Shown here: piece by piece, positions 46,801-58,084 of the stretch
Layout: each line of letters begins with the position of its first letter
How positions within the stretch are numbered: the first letter of the stretch is position 1
NCBI RefSeq assembly: GCF_000150275.1
Contig: NW_002060943.1
Coordinates: 6,440,299 to 6,504,298, forward strand
Length of the DNA stretch: 64,000 nucleotides
Reading direction: 5' to 3'
Source: Trichoplax adhaerens
Taxonomy: Eukaryota; Animalia; Placozoa
Program-made: the position numbers and the translations under genes
Notes under the pieces: model-generated
What the model was told of the DNA's origin: nothing
Database searches by the model: none
Seen by the model: only the letters and a program-made list of their open reading frames with translations

Positions 46801-49800
46801 TACCTTTTTAATTGATATTTTGCTAATCTTGTGTCGATATTGTTCTTAGACATTTGGAATATAACCAATTAACAACGATAACCAATAAAATCTTTAAGGA
46901 CGGAAGCTCAATTAATTATTTGTGAGTATATCTGATCAAACTTATTTTTAACTAATGTAATTACTGATTTGAAATCTAAATGGCCTTCTGTATATTTCAG
47001 CTACATGCACCGTAATAAATTGTCCGTCTTTTCGCCAAAGTCACTTTCTGGTATTACCGTTGGAACTGTTGGTTTCTTGTAAGCCACTAATTTCATTGAT
47101 GTACCTTTTTGTTGTCGTAACCGTAATTAATACACGTAAATTTATCAATCCTGTTCATTCTTCTCAATTGCATTTAATTTTGTCATCTATAGCTACTTAG
47201 ACAATAACCAGTTCACCTTATACCCGCATTTAGCTCTAAATGCTATTCGCATCGCACGAATGTAAGTATTTGATTTTATAACGAAGCAACTGCTTTTACG
47301 AGTATCAAGATGGTAGCATTCATTACTGTTTGATTTGATATAGCTAATAAGTTTTAGAGCAATTTCTTAATCTTAGTGTAAGCAAAAGCCAGATAGCTTT
47401 TACATTGTGTAATTTAAGTTCAAACCTCTTAAAGTTATCGAACTTATGAAATAAGCTATTAATTGATTTTAGATACTTCAACGACAATCCCATAGTTGTA
47501 TTGCATGATGGTGCAATAGCTAATCAAGTTAATCTCTTGGAGCTGTAAGTGTATTATTATTTGCATTACCAAATATTTTTATGCCAATTTAAGAAGAGTC
47601 ATAGCGCTTATATATCAACAAATTTTCACTTAGGTATTTACATAGCAATCAAATTCGTTACTTGCCCAAAGATTTATTTAAAGGCTCAAATGCTTTGAAT
47701 ACCCTGTAAGTGAAATACTTTTGTACAGAACTTATTTTAATTTCAGTTCTTAATCATATTTCGTGCATGTATGTCTTAATCTTCCAATGTGATAGCTTAT
47801 TTCTCATAGCCATTTCTTGGGTCGCACTAATTCACTAATTATGACCCGTAGGTATTTACATAGTAATGTCATATCAAGAATTGAAGAAGGAGCATTTAAT
47901 GGATTGCCTTCTCTTCGCACACTGTATGAACTATGATATTATATCGATTTTGAATAGCTTTACTTATATCAAATTGTAATTTTATACCTATTTTTTTCAT
48001 TTCATATTCATTATAAATCTTTTCGATTTTATTAGGCAACTACACAGCAACTACTTACCTTACTTGCCGTTGCTTTCCTCAGATTTGACCGCCTTACAGA
48101 GTTTGTAAGTAGTTCAAGTATATACTGTACCTATATGTAAAAATATGGTGAGTCATACGTATATTGATTGATATACGAGTATTTCGTAGCTTGTTTAATG
48201 TAGATTTTAAACAAGATAAAAAAATTTCGTTCAAGATCATGCACATCTAATAATTTATTTTTCCGACTAGGACGTTGCAAAATAATAAAATCGAAGCTGT
48301 TTATCGGAAAGCCTTTTTTTATCTCAGTGCTTTGACTTCAACGTACGATACATTAATCTTACATATAGATTATTAACTAAAGTTGATCAATTATAACACA
48401 TATTACTTTTAATGTAGATGTAACTAAAATTTGCAATTAAGATTCACATATTATATCAATTTAGTGACTTGTCCAATAATCCTCTTGGTTGTGACTGCAA
48501 TGTTTATTACACCATGGATTGGTTTAACAATACGGTATTAACAAGCGGAACATGTGCGACTCCAACGCAAACTGCAGGCGTTTTATTTGGCACTACTAAT
48601 ACTAATGATGCTAAATACTTCAGAAATGAGAACATTGACATCTTTACTTGCTGTAAGTCTTAGTTTATCAAACAGTGGGTCATATTCTTTTTAAAAAATT
48701 GCAAGTTATGTACGGTGAAGTGTTCTTGCTATCGGTAATAAAAGGACAAAATTTTTTCTTTTATTCTAGCTCCCGCCAATCTATCTATCTCTGCTCCTAC
48801 TGATTATACCATTTATATTAACTGGTCAACGCCTCTATTATTCCCTGGAGCTAATCCTGCATCCTATTCGACGGCTGCCTGGCAATACCATGCTAACTGT
48901 TCAAGTGAAATTGCTCCTACGATGCTTAAAACTGTAACAACAAATTCGGTAATAACAAACATTCAAATGTTATCATCAATCATAGCTTATTCGCCTATTC
49001 CTTTGATTACATCAATCAAGAGTTATGGGTCCTTCTTAATGAATACAAAATTTTTTCTGTATATTCTTTATTTAGGTCTCATTTACGCAAGCAGACGGTG
49101 TTCAAGCTGGAACAGACTATACCTGTTACGTTTCATTGGATACAACAGTAGTACAAAGTGCAAGAAGTCGTCCATTGTACATTACTACATTGGAATTTGT
49201 TGGTAGGTGACAATATTATTAACATGCTTTGACTACTTTTACAGCATGAAGTATCTTTACTAGATATAGAGGCTACTTTCAACTTAAAATATTTCACTAA
49301 AAGTCATAACTATCATTTTCCCTGTTTTTATATAGTCAATTATGCTAACTGTACACCGGAGAACAATTGTCCAGACATTGTTCTAGATGTGACTTATCGT
49401 GATTTTAGGTACAGTATATCTTAAGAATGTCCTAGAATCAGTCGATATTTAACTACCGCTATTAATTGTTAAAGTACTAATTATATATGTATTAAAATAG
49501 TATGATGCATCCAGATTTTACTGGCAAGGAAGTTATAAATCATTTAGTCTTTCCAGCTTTTATTAAAAGTCCTTATGGTAGCTGGCTAGCCAAGAGTTTT
49601 CCACCATCAACATCTGATACCTTAACTCAATGGTTTGTCACATTACCGCCAGATAATTTTGCCATAGAAACTCAAATACTGATCGAGAAATTGAATACTA
49701 CACCTGCCGGGCCGGATCAAATTAATCGAAAGTACGATAATCCATTTCGGCCCGTTGATGGTCGAGGTTTCCGGTCTGAAGGTCAACGTGATTGTAATAG

Positions 49801-52800
49801 CCAATTAAGAAATAGAGGGTGAGAATAGCCTATGATATCTTTTTGCTTACATTTAGGAATAATATCAGAGGACTGTTATAATAATACAAGTTTAGGGTGT
49901 GAAATTCTGTAGTCTTAATTTACTTAATAATTTTAATAGGTGGACAGCTACAATTCACGCTGCTATAACTTTTAATGGTACGGAAGTACTCACATTCGGT
50001 GCTGGTGATGAAATGTGGGTCTTCATTGATGGTTATATGATTGTTAGCTTACCGGATGCTTCCAATCCTGTTACGAAGCCTTGTCGTCAAGTATCGCTTT
50101 CACCTTTACTGGCGAGTGAGGGTGGCTATCCGGAAATTAGAGGCGGAGTAATTAGTGGCAACGAATGTGTACTTAACACAACTATTTCAACCAATGTTCC
50201 AAAATTCAAACTAGTCGTAAGTTGACTATAATTAATTTGAAATCATGTCTTTTAACGAAACTTAATTTTTGTCCATTAAATTTGTTATTTAACATATTTT
50301 AAATTCCCTTTTGTGTTTCTATTGTTTATTAACGCAAGTATTTGCTTGTACATTTCTCCTTAGGTTGGCTATACGTATCATCTCGACATATTCATTGCTC
50401 ATCGCGGTGTAACGTGCTCTACGCACTTCTTCTTCGAATCGCAAGGAGCAAAATTCACAAGAACTGTTCCTCCACTAGATTACGTTGTTCAAACTCCAGA
50501 AAATTTAAATGTTGGTAGTTTAATAACTCGCTTTAACTTAACAGGTTTGCAACTAAAAAAATCACCAGATCTTCAATTTTTTGACAATGGATGGTAATTT
50601 CATTATTTGATGTGCATCACGTTGATCTGTATGTGTTATTATAGATGCCTATAGCAATGGCACTACGTACATGCTACAAATCGAAAGTGGAAATACTTAC
50701 GGACATTTAACAATAAATAGTAACAATCCTACGGCTCCTTTGACTCCTGCTGCACCCACAACTTCGACCTTACCTACAGTGACAATAGGAAATCAAACAT
50801 TTGGTATCTGTCTTAATAGCCCACCACCATTATATACGAATGGCGCTCCTGCAACCCTGTTCGCCGTCACCACTACTGAGGCTATGGTTGTAAGTCAGGA
50901 ACCGCTAGACCATGAATTTGTTACTTTTTATGACTTTCTTATCAGCATAAATGATACCGGATATTCGCCACCCAGAATAGGACAAGCCATGATTAAGGTA
51001 AGTAATTTCAAGTTAAGTCGGTTTTTAAACTAAAAAATTTTTAGAATTTATAATATCACTAATGACTAATGAGAGTAAAAAATCAATTTCAGGTTTTGGT
51101 TCAAGATATAAATGATAACTGTCCGATAGCTACATCTGATTTACGAACGCATGTAGCTGTGACCGCTTTGCAAGTTCCTCCTCTCTTTCAAATTAACGCG
51201 ACAGATCGTGACAGTACAGATAACGGTGCAATGATATATACTACACAAGATATAACCGTGACGTAAGCGTAAAATATAGGACTAACTAGTTTTTATACAG
51301 AGAAAAATTTTGGTGACCTTGTAACGCCCTTTGTTACTATTTAATAGAGCTCCAGCAAATACTACGAAAACGATAGTATATACATTTACGGTCACGATAG
51401 TCGATAAAGGTACACCTACCCTTGGTACTTATCTCATGTTCAATGTGACAATGTTTGAAAACTGCAACACGTCACGAATGACATTCCCATTAAATGAAAG
51501 CTCTCCTGGTATTGTCGACGTTTACTTACGTATTCCTGGCTATATTACCTTTTCTAAGTACAGTGAGTACTGCATGAGTGAAATGATGTCAAATTCTCTT
51601 TGACGGCTGTTAGCCTCTATACTAACTTGTTATTCATTAATACTTAAACATTGTTCTATATACTCAATTTATCTTCATAATTTAGATGATACTGAGTGTG
51701 CTAGGTGTCCAACAAGTTATTACTGCTTCGGTGACGGACTAAAGCACAAATGTGGTTGTAATCCTAATACCACCGATTGTTCTGGTCGTAATGATACTAC
51801 ATATCATTCCTTTGGTGCATGGGATCACTGTGAAACATGTCCGCATGGCTGGATTTGTCATGATGGCTATGCTTTACCATGTCCTCCAGCTACTCATGCG
51901 AAATGTAACTACACGGTAAGTAGTTTAAATTGTATCGTGCCTAGGAATGCTAACGTAACAATTACGGTAATACATGAAAATACTATTTTCTCGATCATAT
52001 TTGGTAGTAATTATATTATATCATTCATTTTAGTACTGTCCACCAGTATGTGAGGCTTGCCCACCAGGTACTGCTTGCTATCAAGGCAAGATAACTGGAT
52101 GTAACCCTGGAACTTACGGAACTGGCGCTACTACTCAATGCGAACCTTGTCCAATCAATACCTATGCCTCCTCGTATAATGCTAGTTCTTGTCCATGCTG
52201 TCCGCATGGCACTCACAGCTTTGAAGGAGCATCGGTAATGTAATTATATCTTTTTGTGTCTATTGTAAATATCTTAATGACGTTAATTTTTTGGTTCATG
52301 ATACAATAATAATGTCATAATAATTTTGATACTCATAAACCTTTCTGTAGGATTGTGTATTTTGCCCTGAGGGTATGTATTCGAAAGGTGTCTGTGATCA
52401 TTGCCAAACGTGCTCTCCTGGTCAATGCCCTTGTGTGGTAGATAAGCCCTGTTTTCCGGAAGTAGAATGTCGTAACATTTTATATGATAACGGCACTTCA
52501 ACATTTGCATGTGGCAAATGCCCAGTTGGCTTCACTGGAGATGGAATCAATTGTACCGATATTAACGAGGTAACAATATCATTTTATGCTAATGTGCCTT
52601 CGCTTGTAATAATACTGCATATTCTGTATCTTACCTGTAATTGCCATAGATACCATACATAATACAGAATAAAACATTTTTACCTCAATTGCGATATTAT
52701 TACTTTTAATAGTGTGCAGCAGGAACATTTTGCTATGATCAAGCCAATTGTATCAATTTCGCTCCTGGTTTTGCTTGTGCAAGCTGTCCATTAGGCATGA

Positions 52801-55800
52801 CTGGAGATCAACCTTCAGGCATCGGTGTCGATTACGCCTTGTCTCACAAGCAGACCTGTACCGATATTGACGAATGTGCTCTCGGGGAACATGTTTGTGT
52901 GCCAAATGCTTATTGTAATAATACTATTGTAAGTCTACCACTTGATTAAACTATTCAACTTTTTCTACTAATAATTTTACACATATTGTCTAATACTAAC
53001 TACAATACATGCTATAAAATGACAAATTAGCATGTATCATTATAATTCAATTATACATCTATACATTTGTTATTTGTAGGGAGGATATCTATGTGGTAAT
53101 TGCTACGCTGGTTACTTTGGTAATGGATATACTGGCTGCATATTTGGTGACTTTTGCACCAGTAAGAAGGACAATTGCGATGGAAATGCTACGTGTATTT
53201 TTACAGGAATGGGAACATTCGTCTGCAGGGCATGTATTAACTTGATCATTACGGTTGTTAATGCCTTTGTATTAATTTCTAAGTATTAGCTATTAATTGA
53301 TGGACGCGTTATATTCCATTATAGTGCAATCCTGGTTATGCTGGTAATGGTGTACATTGTGGACAGGACGATGACGCTGATGGCTTTCCAATCGCTTACG
53401 TTTACTGTCATGACCGCGGTTGCCAGGCTGACAACTGTCCGATCGTTCCAAATAGTGGCCAAGAAGATGTTGATGGAGATACTTTAGGCAATACTTGCGA
53501 TTTTGACGATGATAATGATCTTATACTAGATATTACTGTAAGTTTCTTATATGTTATCAGCAAATTAAGTGTATATCTTCAATAGGTGAATTGTAAATGT
53601 TTATGCTATAATGTGTAACTTTATCTGTGGTCTTACTGTTAGGATAATTGCCCATTGGTCGCAAACACTGATCAGACAGACTCTGATGGCGATGGAGTTG
53701 GTGATGCTTGTGATAACTGTGTGTCTACTTCTAATCCTTCGCAGTTAGACAGCGATAATGACGGTGTTGGTGACGATTGTGATAGTGACAAAGATAACGA
53801 CGGAATTGCTAATGGCAGTGATAATTGCGAAGTTGTTGCTAATCCTTCACAAACAAATTCTGATGGAGATGCTTTTGGTGACGCTTGTGATAATTGTCCG
53901 TCGACTTCCAATCCAACTCAGGTAACTTATACTCAAGAAATAAACACTTTTATATCATAATGATAATTTCATTGTGTCTGAATATATTATACAATAAGTT
54001 GTAATGATACGAATTGCATTTCGTAATTGAACACCACTATAGTTGATAACATCGACGTAGACGTTTACATTTATTTTTACAACTTTAAAATTTTTTATAC
54101 TCAGGCTGACACCAATATGAATGGTGTTGGAGATGCTTGCGATTGTGCGAGTTTAGGTTATTTGTGCGATAGAGATGGTGATGGAATTATAAACACCATT
54201 GACAATTGTATCAACAATCCTAATCCATCACAAATTGATACAGATGGCGACGGCTTAGGTAAGCGTTATGACTTAGTTAAATAATATTTTGTACTACTAA
54301 AATCCTGCGATCGAAATAGTACAGTTCAATGTCGTTAATTAGCTATCCTTTACGCTATATTAGGAGATGAGTGCGATCCGGACGCAGACAATGACGGAAT
54401 CAGTAATGCGTTAGATAACTGCCGCTTATTAGCTAATGCTGATCAAAATGATACCAATTCCGCATCACCGGAAGGCGATGCATGCGACCCTGATTTTGAT
54501 GGTGATGGAATCAATGATGATCAAGACTCTTGCTTCTATAATAAGTTTTATATGCATACCAATTTCACAAGACACCAGGTTATATCATTAGGAGTCACTA
54601 ATACACCAGCGGCAGTATTTACAATAACTGATCAAGGCTCTGAAATAACTCAAACTAACGCTTCATCGCTGCCCTTTATCTTAGTTGGTAGGTTAATTTA
54701 TGTATTACTAGTCCATTATACAGTAACCTGATAATAAATTTCTTTTCATTAATAGGATATGATCAGTTTACAGCCGTCAACTTTACTGGTACTCTGTATG
54801 TCAATACTCAAGAATCGCGTAATTACATCGGTTTTGTGTTTGGATACCAAAACAATCGTCAATTTTATGTCGTTATGTGGCGCCATAAAAATATTAACTA
54901 TCAAGGCGGCTCAACTCCACCTGAAGCTGGTATTAAAGGAATTCAAATTAAGGTAATTACGATATAGTAAAAGGCAGCACTTTCCTGTATGTTTTTCTTT
55001 ACATTTTTTTAAGGTTATGGGTACTATTAGGTATTTTTGGACACAAAAAGATTATATGAAGAAATAAGTGTCTGTCATATGCATCTCATTTTTCTCTCTT
55101 TTTTATCTAGCGAGTTAATTCTACTACTGGTCCAAGCAATGCTCTTGCACAGGCATTGTTTGACACATACACTACTGCAAATCAAGTAAGCATAACTATA
55201 GCCTTCTGCCAGCTATAAGATCATCTATAGGGATATTCATGGTATTACTTCGCGCATTTCATATATGATTAATCGCCTTTGATTACCTGTAGGTTAAGTT
55301 ATTGTGGCAAGATCCAGCCATGAGAGGTTGGGAACACGAAGTAGCATACTCCTTCCATCTGGTCCACCGACCATCTCTGGGGCTAATTCGGTAATAACAT
55401 TACATACGTGTAAAACCATAATATTTTCAACATAATTTTAAAGTGATCTTCCTAAGTCTTTAAATTATGAATGTAATTGTAGGGTCTGGATATACCATGG
55501 CGCAACTCTATTAACGGACTCAGGAAATGTTTTTGATACCTCATACTCGGGTGGCCGATTGGGAGCGTTTGTTTACAATCAACCTGGAGTTATTTGGTCG
55601 CGATTATCGTATAAATGTATAGACCGGTGAGTAAATGCTAGTTTATGACTATGTTTACTATATAAATATTCTAAAATACAACCACGTTAAAATAAAATGT
55701 AATTTCTGTTTACTAGCATGAATCAAGCGTTGTCTCTTGATGGCGCTTCCGCTATCCGATTGCCTTCTTTTCAATCCATGTCATTGCTGAAGAGGTTGGT

Positions 55801-56929
55801 ATCTAAAATACTTAAATTACTGCAGCATATCTGGTAGAGTTTTTAATAAGAAGACACCTTTCATTTTGCTAGTTTCACTATGGGTGCCTGGGTTCATTTG
55901 CCTTCAGGATATACTACGGACAAGGAGCCAATCCTTTGTACTTTAAACAGTACTGCCTGTCTATACATTTCTAATAGGTAATGATCCTTGAATAATTACG
56001 TTTGTTAAAAAGTGTCGCTATCATAGTCTACGGAGTATCTCCAATTACTGAGCTACTATTACGCTAAACTTAGGCGCCTTACTGGCCAATATGGCGATAA
56101 GACCGCTGTATCATCGACGGATCTACCGGGTGGTGTTTGGAATCACGTAACTTTTAGATATGATGCTTCCAATCAACAGATAGATATCTTTGAAAATGGA
56201 ACTGTAGTAGCTACAACCACTGGTGTACCAATTTATGAATTTGTGAGTTACATTGAATTGCAAGAGTAGGCATTTAGCTCATTAATTATAATGGAACGAT
56301 AGTTAACTAATTCTCTATCCTTGGCTATAGTACAACGAAACTTTCCTATATATTGGTAGGGACCAATCTAATTTCATAACCGGAACATTAGATGAAGTAT
56401 GTCAAAAATATATTAATTTTACTGATATTCCCGTAACATTTTTAGGATATGACTCTTCTCGCTCTGATCGTGTTGTTAACATACATAATTATCTGTGCAA
56501 TAGGTTCGTATCTGGAGTATAAAATTGATAGGGTCACCATCCATAATTGATTATTGGAAATACCCTGGTTTAACACGAGAACTGCATAAGAAAATTATTC
56601 ATGCTCATTACGACATGGATCTTACTGCAGAACATTTACTGGTCGATAAGGACATTTATGCGTTCCATGGTCAATTTGAAGGTGGTCCACAAATAGTTTA
56701 TGTGAGTACTATCAATCCGTAACATTGTACGACTGTAACATTAGTGATATCGCTTTACGTAATTTGGCTAAATTTATCCATATTATCCGATTGCACCTAG
56801 GTAATTAAAATATTTGGTTTATTTTTTTAGAGTTCATTAGAAGAAGGTCGATTCCAAGCGACATATCCGAACAACCGCCGTCGTCGCCGAAGCGTCCAAG
56901 ATAGTACTGATGTTCACATAGAATTGTAA
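37876..56929 (+). CDS. Mega-thrombospondin-like secreted protein, ~66 exons, ~2,750 aa (LRR array-LRRCT-FN3-fibro-slime/PA14-2x cadherin-Cys-rich-EGF-TSP3-TSP_C-LamG-like)
   Basis: Continuous in-phase chain of exons from [23 protein letters not shown] (signal peptide; exon 37876-38168) to ...[17 protein letters not shown]-stop (exon 56831-56929). The TSP type-3 repeats and the GFVFGYQ...FYVVMW C-terminal domain are unmistakable. The length was summed by hand and is approximate. Confidence 0.92.
38792..48652 (+). CDS. Mega-TSP segment: 36 phase-2 LRR exons (mostly 66-87 nt, modal 72 nt) plus the LRRCT exon 48465-48652
   Basis: Examples: 41745-41816 ([23 protein letters not shown]), 45087-45158 ([23 protein letters not shown]), 47852-47923 ([23 protein letters not shown]). 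The cap reads [11 protein letters not shown]...CATP...IFTC. Confidence 0.92.
48770..49202 (+). CDS. Mega-TSP segment: fibronectin type III domain (exons 48770-48948, 49076-49202)
   Basis: [22 protein letters not shown]...WQYHANC...[14 protein letters not shown]...[11 protein letters not shown] fits the FN3 P-N...W..P...Y...GT.Y...S.P pattern. Confidence 0.75.
49336..50450 (+). CDS. Mega-TSP segment: fibro-slime / PA14-like domain (exons 49336-49408, 49501-49818, 49940-50216, start of 50364-50544)
   Basis: [15 protein letters not shown]...QWF...[10 protein letters not shown]...[32 protein letters not shown]...[14 protein letters not shown]...STHFFFES. Confidence 0.75.
50475..51460 (+). CDS. 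Mega-TSP segment: two cadherin repeats
   Basis: Calcium-linker motifs in order: [39 protein letters not shown] (exons 50364-50544, 50645-50997, 51092-51262, 51348-51562). Confidence 0.85.
51686..53365 (+). CDS. Mega-TSP segment: GCC2/GCC3 (ephrin-receptor-like) Cys-rich repeats followed by four EGF/cbEGF domains
   Basis: [14 protein letters not shown]...[16 protein letters not shown]; then PCFPEVEC...[28 protein letters not shown]...[22 protein letters not shown]. Confidence 0.88.
53366..55626 (+). CDS. Mega-TSP segment: thrombospondin type-3 Ca-binding repeats and TSP C-terminal L-lectin domain
   Basis: [34 protein letters not shown] (repeated), [17 protein letters not shown]...YIGFVFGYQ...FYVVMW, LLWQDP...GW...[33 protein letters not shown]. 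Confidence 0.96.
55717..56929 (+). CDS. Mega-TSP segment: concanavalin-A/LamG-like (pentraxin-like) domain and C-terminal tail
   Basis: NQALSLDG...SFTMGAWV...WNHVTFRYD...IDIFENG...LYIGRD...GTLDEVRIWS...HYDM; tail [19 protein letters not shown]. Confidence 0.85.
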
Positions 56930-58084
56930 TCGCATATTACTACGTCAATTTTATTCACTCTATTGGCATAACGTAGCAAGTTGTGCCCCCTTTGAAATAC
57001 ATTTTGTTTAGTATCATTTTAGTTGTAAATGTATATTCTGACTAATGGTCCAATAATGCATTACGTTATTGTTCTGAGACTATTTTGCAGTAAAGTAGCA
57101 AACTATACTAGACGAATATGGTACTTTTAAGCACTATATGATAGCTCAGAAAGAAAATTTAGTCTTTCAATGTGTAACTGTTGATGTATTATTGGATTCC
57201 ATATCCATTTTTTTCTTATATAAATATTTAACTACCTTCAATGAATTAATAGCCTTGTAATGTCTAGATGGTATCTGACGAAAAAGACAAATCATTTGTC
57301 TTGAAGAATTTTAAAAAGCATTTGCCAGAACTCAAATTTACATATAGTTTCATTACCGTCATTCGATCCATGTTTACAGTAATGCACTATAAACGTGATA
57401 ATTTTTTTAATTTTGCAACTTTTGATAAAAAAATACCCAGCTCAAAATATTCTGTAGCTCAGTTTTCATATTACGTGTCTATTTTTAAATGTTATTAAGA
57501 ATCATATCTTTTATATCTTTATCTTTTTTTATCTATCGGATAAGAGATTGCGTCTTTATCGATTTAATTACACCCTTATCGGTTGTTAAAGTTTTAGTTG
57601 AACTACGAATTCGGTATCCAATACTTATTTAAGAAACCGAACTCAGTTCAGTTGCTAACACTATTGATTATAACAATTGTTTAAAATTGAATCTGTATGT
57701 AAAAATTATCAAGAGAGTAAATGTTAAATAAATACTATACTTCTAAAATAGAACAAAAATAATATGAGATGTAAAAAATTTGAGACCCAGCCTATGTTAA
57801 AATTTGGCGGATCGAGATAACAGTTAACCAATATAGCGTCGTTACAAGGTAGTAAAATGACAATTTTATCTATAGTTACCAATACATTCTTGTAAATACT
57901 GTATATACTGTACTTTATATATACAATGGTTGGATACAATGGAAGGTCGTATAATATTTGTTTAAAATGTAGTCAAGTAACGGTGAAGTATACTAATACG
58001 AGCATCTTTCTTGTAATTTACAAATTTCGGTAACCCAACATCCGCTATTTAAAGTTAGTTTTGTGTGTCTATGGAAGTCACAAA

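Noticed and set aside
53672-53911. Antisense ORF with repeated SQASP motifs
   Set aside because: Shadow of the TSP type-3 repeat exon on the opposite strand.
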